A DNA stretch of 51,620 nucleotides from Bdellovibrionota bacterium (GTDB taxonomy: Bacteria; Bdellovibrionota_C; UBA2361; JBIIDM01), in the NCBI GenBank assembly GCA_044238365.1, contig JBIIDM010000004.1, positions 1 to 51,620 on the forward strand, written 5' to 3'. A model generated the notes under the pieces. It saw only the letters and a list, made by a program, of their open reading frames with translations, was not told the origin of the DNA and searched no databases. The stretch's first letter is position 1. Every line of letters begins with the position of its first letter. Positions 10,668-19,642 of this stretch are shown piece after piece. Position numbers and translations under genes: made by a program.

Positions 10668-10844
10668 ACCTGAGTTCGACGTAAGGACTGGGGTAAATGG
10701 CTAAAATTACTTCATCCACTTCTTTGCTCATGATATAAAATGCTCGATGTAGCAAGCTTCAGCCTGCGCTTTTATATCACTGCGCGCCTCTCGTGTCTAA
10801 AGCAATTTTAGTCACTTACCTTTGTTCTTATCCGAAACTCAGGT
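10668..10844 (+). mobile_element. Family A MITE, full-length copy
   Basis: Ends ACCTGAGTTCGACGTAAG ... CTTATCCGAAACTCAGGT; internal sequence shared with 13260 and 29295; lies between convergent genes; flanks TTACA/TGAAA are not a duplication. Confidence 0.92.
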
Positions 10845-10891
10845 TGAAAAATCCCTGGCAGTTACCAAAAAACTTTTGCTTATGTACTTAG

Positions 10892-13078
10892 TTATAGGTT
10901 GGGAGGAGAAATAAGACCCAATGCCTTTGCCGCTAACAATACGCCTCCTTCAAATGAAAATCCGTAGTGTATTAGGTATTCTGATAGCGGCCGTAGTATT
11001 TTTTGAATAGTTGCATTAATAGCATTCTTTTGCTGTGGAAATATGCAGTGACTGTCCGCATCAAGTACGGTATTCCAAAGACTTAATATAGTAGACGAAG
11101 GCTCTGTGATAAATTGGAGGTTCTTACACGTGTTAAGTAAGTCACCATCTAGTGAATTTCTCTCTGCGTAGAAAGTAATAAAACGCTCAGGCGCTTTAAA
11201 CAGTAGAGCTGATAAGTCAAAAATATCTCCATCGTGCTTATTGATTCGAAGTTCCGGGAAATTGCGACCCAGAACGAACATTCGTAAATTTTGATCAAAA
11301 TTGAAGGGCGGCGAACTTTCAACGTAGCAATCTATTGATGTCAAGAAGTCCTGTTCAGTGAAATCCGGGCGGTTTTTTAATAATTCTACTTTGTATTGGA
11401 TAGTTTCCTGAAGTGTTTTTAGGGTATAACGGTAGAGAAAGTTGGATATTAGGCTTCTAATTTCTTGGCTTATGTCACACATGCCAAGGATTGTTTCAAT
11501 CGTAGATTTTTTATTGAGCTGGCGTTTTGCTAATGAGCGGAACTTCCTCTGGGCCCGAATCTTTCCGACCTTCCGCGCTTTACAATCCTTCGATGTAATG
11601 TTTTCCATTTGGGACTCATATACGAGCTCCGGAGCTTTCGCACTCCACCCATAGGCAATGGCCTCAAGAGGGCACACTGAGTCTGGTATAATAACACGAT
11701 CATGCAATCCTGCGGGTGATCCGTAGGTGGTAATATCTTCATCAACTGTTATGGTGGAGGAAAACCTACATTTGAGCTCCTGTCTCAGAGTATTCGAAAC
11801 AGTGGGAGTGAAGAGGTGGCGGGATTGCGGCAACCATAGGTGCGGGGATGCAGCTATGGTAGGGTGAAAAATGTACTGAGATAGGAACGGGACAAGGGCC
11901 AATGTCTGAGGTTGGCAAGCCAATGGCTGGCTGCTGTGGAGCGATTCACAAGGAATGAATGCGAGTAGCGCGTCTTCGTATACTTCAGGTATCTCACGTG
12001 AAAAGAAAAAAGAGTGAGAAAAGATAATTCTGTTCGCAGGTATCAAGGCCACGATGGAATTATTTCGTGGAGGGGTTACGGCTATTGTGCCTTCGATTGC
12101 ACCTCCTCCCAGTCCGTGAAAAAGAAGATTCGCGTTCGGGGCAGTGATGCGAAGCGATTCATCTTTTGCGGTGACATATGTTGTTTCACAGTAGATAGGA
12201 AGTATTCGGTGTTTAATGTACTTTACCAAGGATTCAACCGCCTCAAAATCACCTAAGTCGCACGATGCTCCAAGCTTTACCGCAAGGTTCCAAGCGTCGA
12301 AGGGTGCAATGAGCAGGTGAGTATCATGGTTATTATTTATCTTGGCCTCAAGGAAAGGGACAATCGTCTCTAGCCCCTGTTTTATAATTTCCGAAGAAAT
12401 AACTCTTCGAGCAATCTCGTTCAGGATTGAATTTAGGCTTTCCTCACTGTGAGCGTGCTCTTGAAGGATTGTGCCAAGTATCATGGGAAACGGACAATTA
12501 AGGGGACTGTGAGCTTTTGGAGAATCTCCTGAGAGTGTCTGAATTTCGGAGAAGAACAAGTCAAGACAATATCTTTTAAGGATGGGCGCATACGTAAAGC
12601 ATTTGATAGCAGTCCGGAGGAAGTACATTTTTAACGAAGTAGAATGAGCCAACGAGGTGAAAAATGATTCGATTCGTTGTTGAGGATTCTTCGTCAGAGC
12701 AAGCGTTTCTAGCCAGTGTCTCCAGGAGCCAATCAAGATTGTGTCCAGAACCTGATAATAAAGAGATACGTAGTGAGATACCATTCGGGTCCCAAATGGC
12801 TCATCATTTGTCGTGGTATGAGAAATAGCAAGAGTTTCAAAGAGCCCTTCAATGTGCTCTTCGATATGCCGGATTGTTTCACATCCTTGCTCTATTATGG
12901 TGTTTATTGAAGTTGCTTGAGTGGCCTCTGAAATTTTTTTGGAAGCAAGCTTGGCATCCATTTGACGAAGTCCGCGTACTTTTTCATGAACTTCTATAAG
13001 TGATACTGGAGATAGCTGATTATCGAATGGTTGAGCTTTAAACGGAGAAGCTGAAGCCGTAGAATTCTTAAATGACAT
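10892..13078 (-). CDS. Large hypothetical protein, no recognisable domain
   Basis: Uninterrupted ORF (to 13147, 751 aa); likely start ATG 13078. Confidence 0.7.
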   Translation of the reverse strand: MSFKNSTASASPFKAQPFDNQLSPVSLIEVHEKVRGLRQMDAKLASKKISEATQATSINTIIEQGCETIRHIEEHIEGLFETLAISHTTTNDEPFGTRMVSHYVSLYYQVLDTILIGSWRHWLETLALTKNPQQRIESFFTSLAHSTSLKMYFLRTAIKCFTYAPILKRYCLDLFFSEIQTLSGDSPKAHSPLNCPFPMILGTILQEHAHSEESLNSILNEIARRVISSEIIKQGLETIVPFLEAKINNNHDTHLLIAPFDAWNLAVKLGASCDLGDFEAVESLVKYIKHRILPIYCETTYVTAKDESLRITAPNANLLFHGLGGGAIEGTIAVTPPRNNSIVALIPANRIIFSHSFFFSREIPEVYEDALLAFIPCESLHSSQPLACQPQTLALVPFLSQYIFHPTIAASPHLWLPQSRHLFTPTVSNTLRQELKCRFSSTITVDEDITTYGSPAGLHDRVIIPDSVCPLEAIAYGWSAKAPELVYESQMENITSKDCKARKVGKIRAQRKFRSLAKRQLNKKSTIETILGMCDISQEIRSLISNFLYRYTLKTLQETIQYKVELLKNRPDFTEQDFLTSIDCYVESSPPFNFDQNLRMFVLGRNFPELRINKHDGDIFDLSALLFKAPERFITFYAERNSLDGDLLNTCKNLQFITEPSSTILSLWNTVLDADSHCIFPQQKNAINATIQKILRPLSEYLIHYGFSFEGGVLLAAKALGLISPPNL

Positions 13079-13259
13079 AAGGATGGTAAGTTCAAAATGG
13101 TGGGTTTTCGCCTTCCGGTAGGGTACAATAAAGAGTTTCATAAACAAAAGAAAAAATTCACGTAATTGGTTGACCCTGTAGGATTTAGTTTTTATAGATT
13201 TGTCTGTAAAAGCCCCCTCAGGGGCCGATTTTTGAACAAAATCGGGGGTGAAAATATTA

Positions 13260-13418
13260 ACCTGAGTTCGACGTGAGAACTGCGGTAACTGCCTGAAATT
13301 ACTTCATCCACTTCGTTGCTCATGATATACAAGCTACGCCTGTGCTTTTATATCACTGCGCGCCTCGTGTCTAAAGCAATTTCAACCATTTGCCTTTGTT
13401 CTTACGTCGAACTCAGGT
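13260..13418 (+). mobile_element. Family A MITE with 5-bp target-site duplication TATTA
   Basis: TIRs ACCTGAGTTCGACGTGAGAAC / GTTCTTACGTCGAACTCAGGT; TATTA at 13255-13259 and 13419-13423; short internal deletion relative to other copies. Confidence 0.95.
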
Positions 13419-13561
13419 TATTAGCTGATCACACAAAAACAGCCGTTTCCGATCAGGAAACGACCGTGTGAATAATTCACAGCAGATCGCCGTTTCAACT
13501 ATATTTCAATGATTTCTTTACGTTAGAGTTGCAAATCCATAGACGATGTTTGAATGGCGTA

Positions 13562-15280
13562 TTAGTGCATCTGCTTATTGAGGGTAATTTCACCTTGTCT
13601 GAGTGCCCAGATTCCAATTTTTATATTGAAATAGAGGCCGAGAGAAAGGAACCCAACAACCAAGATTATAGGGCTAATTGAAAAAGGTACCTCGTTCTGG
13701 GAATTTGCGATCGAAGTGATTAGACAGATGGGGATTAGGTTGATAGATATTATCAGGACTGAAAATATCATGAATATAAAGCTTCCCAATCCTCCGCTTA
13801 CTTGTGACGGATGGTCAGATTCGCCCCGTAGCGAATGCATCGCTCCGAACCCAATGGCAGCAGCAACTATGGAGATACAAATACCCATGCAGGACACAGC
13901 ATACATTATGAGCATCGGCCACGAAATCCTAAGGAGTGCAGCGGAGATCAACAGAAAAAATTCACTGATGATTATTACGGGGACGAGCCAGCACTGAAAT
14001 TTAAGCAAGAGAATTCTCCTTTTGGAGACTGGGGAGGTCGTAAGGATCCAGAAGGCCTCTCCTTCCCGAGAAACTGATGGAAATACAAATCTTACGCAGA
14101 GCGAGGTCATTATGAACGCATTCATCGTAATATTCATGAGAAATATTTGGAATGCCCAGATTGCGCGTTCTGCCACCGGAATTTTGTCAAAGACGAGGTA
14201 AGATTTTAGATTTACCATATAGATTGCGCTTAGTGAAAGCAGCATTAGTACTTCGAACAGAGATCCAACATCTCGTACAATAACTCTTATCTCACGCAGA
14301 AAGGTCTCTCGAGCAAGCGGTGGCAGGGGGGAGAGCACGCGAAGAAGGAGGCGGTTAGTAGAATATTTGCTGACTGACTTCGCTGCTGATTCAATCTGTG
14401 TGTTTGAATAGGCATGTGGCAGGAGAACCTCAATAAGGAGATAGCAGAAACTGACAGTCCATATTGCCGAAGAGTAGAGGAGAAATATTTCCGGCAATAT
14501 TGACTCGTTCTTCTTCAAAAGAATTATATTGAATATTGAAGCCACCCATCGAGAGGGAAACCATTGGGTAGATGGCATCGTGAACATTCTGATTACTCGT
14601 GTCAGTTGGATTGAATAGCCTTCATCCATGAAAGCTGACTTAAAGAGCGATAGCAATCCATAGAGCATCGACATTATTAAGACGAAAAAGAGGACTCGCG
14701 CGACTTTATTTCGTCTCGCAGGAAGAATTAAACTGACAATTGTTGCGATTGCCAGTCCTATCGCCGCCGGTATTATAAAAAATGGAACGAGGATTAACGG
14801 AGAGATAATGTAGAAATAAAATGGAGCAGTGTAGTGAGTGCCAAAGGCGATTAGGAACGGCAAAAGAAAAATAAAAGGCATCCAGGATGAAATTACAAGG
14901 ATGTGTGAAAATTTACTTGCAAATATTTTAAGAGGGGAGATGGGAGAAGCCATTACTCTATCGAGGTCCTTTGCCAAGAACAGAAAGATAAAGGATGAGG
15001 CAATATTCGATGTTACCAGCATAAAAAGTAACAACATCAGGGAGACCGAAAGTGGGTGCAGGGGCGGCAGATAGGTCAGCCCTGGGGTGTCCTGCATTTC
15101 TTCGATGGAGAATTTTGTTGCTACATATATAACGGTTCCTACAAAAAGTGAGAGAAGGATGAGAATCAGATCCCGCCCCCTTTCAAAGTTGGATTTGCTG
15201 CGGTCGCTCCAGCGATTTACGAAGGCTTGTATGTTTGGCCTAATCAGGAGAGGAATATAACGGTTCGTCATTAGCGACAT
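13562..15280 (-). CDS. Putative ABC-2-type exporter permease (multi-TM)
   Basis: Many TM helices; DLD..MASPI and RFVFPSVSREGEAFWIL.TSP motifs typical of this putative permease family. Confidence 0.8.
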   Translation of the reverse strand: MSLMTNRYIPLLIRPNIQAFVNRWSDRSKSNFERGRDLILILLSLFVGTVIYVATKFSIEEMQDTPGLTYLPPLHPLSVSLMLLLFMLVTSNIASSFIFLFLAKDLDRVMASPISPLKIFASKFSHILVISSWMPFIFLLPFLIAFGTHYTAPFYFYIISPLILVPFFIIPAAIGLAIATIVSLILPARRNKVARVLFFVLIMSMLYGLLSLFKSAFMDEGYSIQLTRVIRMFTMPSTQWFPSRWVASIFNIILLKKNESILPEIFLLYSSAIWTVSFCYLLIEVLLPHAYSNTQIESAAKSVSKYSTNRLLLRVLSPLPPLARETFLREIRVIVRDVGSLFEVLMLLSLSAIYMVNLKSYLVFDKIPVAERAIWAFQIFLMNITMNAFIMTSLCVRFVFPSVSREGEAFWILTTSPVSKRRILLLKFQCWLVPVIIISEFFLLISAALLRISWPMLIMYAVSCMGICISIVAAAIGFGAMHSLRGESDHPSQVSGGLGSFIFMIFSVLIISINLIPICLITSIANSQNEVPFSISPIILVVGFLSLGLYFNIKIGIWALRQGEITLNKQMH

Positions 15281-15290
15281 TATAGAAACC

Positions 15291-15989
15291 TCATTTGAAA
15301 GGAGTTTTTACGGGGTTTGCAAGCATGCTAGCCGTAGAAAGAAGGCCTGATAATTCGGCCAAAATCGATGAAGATATTTCATTGTTGGTAAGGTTGCAGG
15401 AGGTGTTTTCCTTTGCTAGTTCCAACGTTACCTTTGTAAACACAGTCGGGATCGGAATTGCGATTTCAAACGTAGGGATCTGGAGCCCAAATGTGCCCTC
15501 GCCAGTTGGGTACAACGTAATCGGACCAGGTATGGGGATTTTTACGAGGTTATTTCCGCTGCCGTCAAGACTCCCTTGCACTTCGATGGGATTAATACCA
15601 AGAGTTCCAAGTACAACCTTTTTTTCGGGACTTGATGGGTTCCAGAACCTCAGGACACTTCCCCCTACCTGATACAACCCATTAATAGCGAGGCGAAAAG
15701 AAAAATCCACAGCAGCACTACGGATGTTATCTAACTTAAAGCGAATTATACCCTCAGCATTATACATAAAGCCCTCCTCTTGAGCTTGAAGGGTTCCTTC
15801 AAGCTGGCCAATACAGGTAGATCCTATGTGTAAAAACAGTTTGCGAGGTTTTGTGCTGATGGCCTTCGGAAGAACGAGCGATTGGCTTTCCAGAGTTCGA
15901 ATTCGGGCAAAGGATTGTACCGAGATAGCGAAACTGGTGACCCCAACCAGTGTTGCCACTATGATACGATGTCGTTTTTCCTTATTCAT
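15291..15989 (-). CDS. Hypothetical exported/membrane-anchored protein
   Basis: Basic N-terminus plus hydrophobic segment; 10 nt upstream of the permease gene on the same strand. Confidence 0.65.
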   Translation of the reverse strand: MNKEKRHRIIVATLVGVTSFAISVQSFARIRTLESQSLVLPKAISTKPRKLFLHIGSTCIGQLEGTLQAQEEGFMYNAEGIIRFKLDNIRSAAVDFSFRLAINGLYQVGGSVLRFWNPSSPEKKVVLGTLGINPIEVQGSLDGSGNNLVKIPIPGPITLYPTGEGTFGLQIPTFEIAIPIPTVFTKVTLELAKENTSCNLTNNEISSSILAELSGLLSTASMLANPVKTPFK

Positions 15990-16034
15990 AATACCTTTTA
16001 AAGCGTCTTTGAAGCAGTGGACGTGACCGGAGTC

Positions 16035-16097
16035 TAACCCGGATTATTCACGAGATTTAACCATTCTGGAGGCACGTTTCGTGAATAATCCGGGCTA
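16035..16097. repeat. Family D short inverted-repeat element
   Basis: TAACCCGGATTATTCACGA ... TCGTGAATAATCCGGGCTA, 19-bp arms with one mismatch around a 25-nt loop. Confidence 0.85.
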
Positions 16098-16230
16098 ACG
16101 TGTGCACACGACTCCAAAGCGTAAGATGATGTAAATCGGTTGTCGGATGTACAGACTAAGCACGAAATTGCAAATGTAGCTTTTATTCCATGCTGAACCT
16201 CGCATTTTGGGGGTGCGTTACTAATCAGGA

Positions 16231-18879
16231 TTAGGATGGTTGCACGGATTCGTAGAGCTTAATATACCGCTCAACCATAGTTCGGAACGAAAAGGTGTTA
16301 CGTAACTGTTCGACCTTGTTCCAGTTTTCTTGTTGCGAGAAACCATCATGAGAAGACTCCTCAATCAGCCGCAGGAGTTCGTTAGCGCCTTTGGAAAGGT
16401 CCTTAAGATCAAACAGTGTTGCGTGTTCTGAAAGGAATGTATGTCCGGGAATCGCAGATAGTATGGTGGGAAGGCCAGAACCCACCGCTTCGATGCAGGA
16501 GAGTGGCATTCCTTCATATTCGGAGCAGGAGATGTAGATATCCGCCGCGCAAAGCCAGCTAAATGGTTCGTTGGTGGGGCCAAGAAACAGTATCCTATCG
16601 GAATCAGGAAGGCCTTGTGCCTGTGTTTTTAGTTGGAGATCATAGGCTAGATCTGCGGTGGGTCCCACAAACAACAGGCAGGCTTTCTTTCGAATGGTTT
16701 CGGGCAAAAGAGACCAGAGCTTTAAACAGTGGTCTTGCCCTTTCTGGGGAAATATGCGAGCCAGATAAAGAATCCACACTGTATCTCGGTAGTTGTTTTC
16801 TATCCCAAAGATTTTGATAAGCTTGTCTCGCGTGTTGATTCTCTCAACTTGATCTGGCCGATCGCTGTCAGGAAAATCAACACCGTTAGGAATGTATATG
16901 ATTCGATCACTGGCGATTCCCAACTCGATGTACGCTCCTTTGAGAGGTTCTGCCACCACCGAAACCTTGTCAGCAAAATAAGTAAAGAATCTTTCATAGA
17001 CACGGTATCTCTTGTGGCGCCCAAGATGCACAAAGCTATGTTGGGTAATTACGACTCGTACCCTATTAATAGAGAGTATTTTTACAATCGTGCCATAGAT
17101 CAGTCCACCGAGATCCTGAACATGAATAACTCCGATATCTTCAGCAAATACAAATTTTACAAGAAAGAATAGCAGTCGGAAGGAGAAGCCTTTCGTTTTG
17201 GTTCTAGTGATAACTTGGATGTTGTTGAGCAATAGTTGGTTCACGAGCAAATTGTCGGCAGTGTGGTCATAGGCGATAACCAATGGCGTGTACCGGGTGT
17301 TTTTCGATAGAGCAATAGAAAGTTGGGTAACCATACGTTCAATGCCACCAGTTTGAAGCGATTGTACCAACATAAGGACCCGCGGGGCAGGCGAACGGGC
17401 CTGATTATCAAGCGAAATCCCTACTATCGTAATTAGCAATAATCCGGTCGGAGCAAAGACAAGAAACCAAGCAATCGGTGTGCTGAACAGCGGAAAAAAG
17501 GCTAGGGAAAGTATTGAACCAAGAGCGCAGATAAGCGTCATTAAAAGCCAGGGGCGATAGGGAATCATGTCCGAAAATTCCCACGTCGTGTGAGCGAGAG
17601 AGTATCTAATTGTGGCGATTCTTAATGCGAAGTTAGAGATCAGTAGTGCACAAAGAGCCCCGAATGGTCCAAAAAGGTAGGTGAAGAGCAGTGTTGCAGG
17701 AAGTGAAAAGCTTGCGAGCTTTGCAAAGGTCATGAGAGGCCATCTTGAGTCGCCTCTTGCACGAGCGACGGCGTCAAAGGGTACTACCAAAGCGAGATAT
17801 CCTAGGGCATACACCTGAAGTACTTTGGCGGACGCTTGATACGTTTCTGTATAAAGCAGCAGAACGATCGGTTCGGCGAAGAGGATGAGACCAAAGGTTG
17901 CCGGGATGAAAAACAATCCTAATTGGCGCGCTGCTGAATTGTAGAGTAACGCGGCGATTCTATCGTCCTTGTTTTGAATCCAGACCGCGAGCTGAGGAAT
18001 CAACACACGAGTAATCGAATGCTCCACAACGAGCAGCGGACCAAGTGAAAGGCAGCCCATTGAGTAGAGCGCAAACTCGCTGCGGGGTAGTATGGCGGAG
18101 AGGGTAAATTTATCTAGGTAGTTTACGACTAAGTGGAGAAAGCCTGCGGCGGATACAGGGATGGCATATCGTACAACCCCTTGCAAGACACTTCGATCAA
18201 AGCCAAGCTGGATGATTCCCAATCGGTAGCCGACGACTAGGCCTGCAGCTACTTTTAAAGTCGATATTATAGCATGACAAATAAGGACCGGTCCTAGGTG
18301 TGCACAGGTTAATGCGGTGATAACGATTGCCACCGTTCTCAGTATTTCGAATCCCGCGTAGAAGAGCGCTCCATACCAGATATATCCCGAGCTGATTGCA
18401 AGTTCTTCAAATACGGTGCCTGCGATAGCACCGAAGGCAGAGAAAGCAAGAAGCAGTGTTTCTGAATCATCCCATTCAAGAGCATTCGATAGTGGTAGCG
18501 CTAGTAACGAGATCATCAGGCTCGAAAGTATGGCTATGCACAGGAGTAGGGTCACGCTTGACCGAAGAGCCCGTGTGCGAATCCCTGACTGACCTGACCA
18601 GAAGGCGAGTCCATTGATGATCCCAGTTGAAAAAGACAGAGTAGGAATCGCGAGGAGATAGAGGAAGAATATTCTAAAGAGTCCAATTTCCTCAGGCGGA
18701 AGAATTCGGACTAATACGATCGGAAGTAGGGTGTTGAGAATTGACACCGAGCTAGAGAGCAGGGACACTGGCCAGTGTGGACGCGCTTTCTGGGATCCGG
18801 AGACGTCTGAGACTTTCGACTCAGAAGTGCCATATTGTGAAGTCGTACCATCATCGTTCTGGACAGTCTCTGAATTCAT
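16231..18879 (-). CDS. Wzx-like polysaccharide flippase fused to GT4 (GT-B) glycosyltransferase
   Basis: N-terminal ~490 aa multi-TM MOP/Wzx pattern (LVRILPPEEIG, YLDKF); C-terminal GT4 motifs GGIERMV, IPNGVD, KGQD, EGMPLSCIEA; one reading frame. Confidence 0.85.
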   Translation of the reverse strand: MNSETVQNDDGTTSQYGTSESKVSDVSGSQKARPHWPVSLLSSSVSILNTLLPIVLVRILPPEEIGLFRIFFLYLLAIPTLSFSTGIINGLAFWSGQSGIRTRALRSSVTLLLCIAILSSLMISLLALPLSNALEWDDSETLLLAFSAFGAIAGTVFEELAISSGYIWYGALFYAGFEILRTVAIVITALTCAHLGPVLICHAIISTLKVAAGLVVGYRLGIIQLGFDRSVLQGVVRYAIPVSAAGFLHLVVNYLDKFTLSAILPRSEFALYSMGCLSLGPLLVVEHSITRVLIPQLAVWIQNKDDRIAALLYNSAARQLGLFFIPATFGLILFAEPIVLLLYTETYQASAKVLQVYALGYLALVVPFDAVARARGDSRWPLMTFAKLASFSLPATLLFTYLFGPFGALCALLISNFALRIATIRYSLAHTTWEFSDMIPYRPWLLMTLICALGSILSLAFFPLFSTPIAWFLVFAPTGLLLITIVGISLDNQARSPAPRVLMLVQSLQTGGIERMVTQLSIALSKNTRYTPLVIAYDHTADNLLVNQLLLNNIQVITRTKTKGFSFRLLFFLVKFVFAEDIGVIHVQDLGGLIYGTIVKILSINRVRVVITQHSFVHLGRHKRYRVYERFFTYFADKVSVVAEPLKGAYIELGIASDRIIYIPNGVDFPDSDRPDQVERINTRDKLIKIFGIENNYRDTVWILYLARIFPQKGQDHCLKLWSLLPETIRKKACLLFVGPTADLAYDLQLKTQAQGLPDSDRILFLGPTNEPFSWLCAADIYISCSEYEGMPLSCIEAVGSGLPTILSAIPGHTFLSEHATLFDLKDLSKGANELLRLIEESSHDGFSQQENWNKVEQLRNTFSFRTMVERYIKLYESVQPS

Positions 18880-18947
18880 TCTTCTGTGTATTGTTGATAA
18901 TCGTCAACATAGGTTCCGAACTGATCGGATTCACTCTCAAGGGGTTC

Positions 18948-18980
18948 ACAGAGAGTCAGTGTACAGAGAGTCAGTGTACA
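18948..18980. repeat. 15-bp tandem duplication
   Basis: ACAGAGAGTCAGTGT x2 plus ACA, upstream of the flippase-GT gene. Confidence 0.9.
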
Positions 18981-19238
18981 TTGGAATCCAAAAGAGATCA
19001 TGCCACTCCCCCGTCGCCTTGTATATGTCGCAGGAGGAGTGAGCCTGGTAGGTATGAGAAAAGGCGGCATATATGGTAGGGCAGATCATAATCCAGTGCG
19101 AGTAGAACGTTGCTTGTGTTACGGACGGTCATATTAGATCACTGTACACTGTAGTCTTGGAAATTTACACCTACAATATCCTTTCATACGGCGAATATTT
19201 CTAATCTGAACTATTCGAGCACTGTGGTGTACTAAAGA

Positions 19239-19509
19239 ACCTCCGTTGAACATGGGCACAGGGGAAACTGGGGAAATTACTGTGTCCACTTATATCAGAT
19301 GCTCAACGTACACGGTTCACCCTCACCTTTTAACTACGCGCCCCTCGTTTTTCAGCTACTTAGCTTTGTACTTAGTATCTGCTCATTAATCCGGGGCATA
19401 TTAGACATACACGATACGCAAAATTTTGAAATTATGTACTTTTACCATTTCAAGTGAGTGATTTGCCCCGGGTTAATGAGCAATTACTGTACTTACGTCG
19501 GACGTGGGT
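19239..19509 (+). mobile_element. Old degenerate family A copy interrupted by a family C element
   Basis: Collinear decayed blocks: GAAATTACTGTGTCCACTT, ATGCTCAACGTA, ACTACGCGCCCCTCGT, CTTTGTACTTA|CGTCGGACGTGGGT. Confidence 0.75.
19375..19487. mobile_element. Family C MITE (113 bp) with 8-bp target-site duplication
   Basis: TIRs GTATCTGCTCATTAATCCGGGGCA / TGCCCCGGGTTAATGAGCAATTAC; TGTACTTA at 19367-19374 and 19488-19495. Confidence 0.9.
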
Positions 19510-19642
19510 TAAAATGCGGCCCTAGTCAGGCCTGAGAAGAACGATAGCGTTGGGCGGAGGTGGGCAACAACAATAGAGTACATCCTGACCTCGGCGCCGC
19601 TATAACGATGTTTATTTTAGACGGGAGGTTCTGGTTATTTTT

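Noticed and set aside
10668-13418. Composite transposon carrying the orphan gene
   Set aside because: Outer flanks (TTACA, TATTA) do not match and the right copy has its own duplication, indicating independent insertion.
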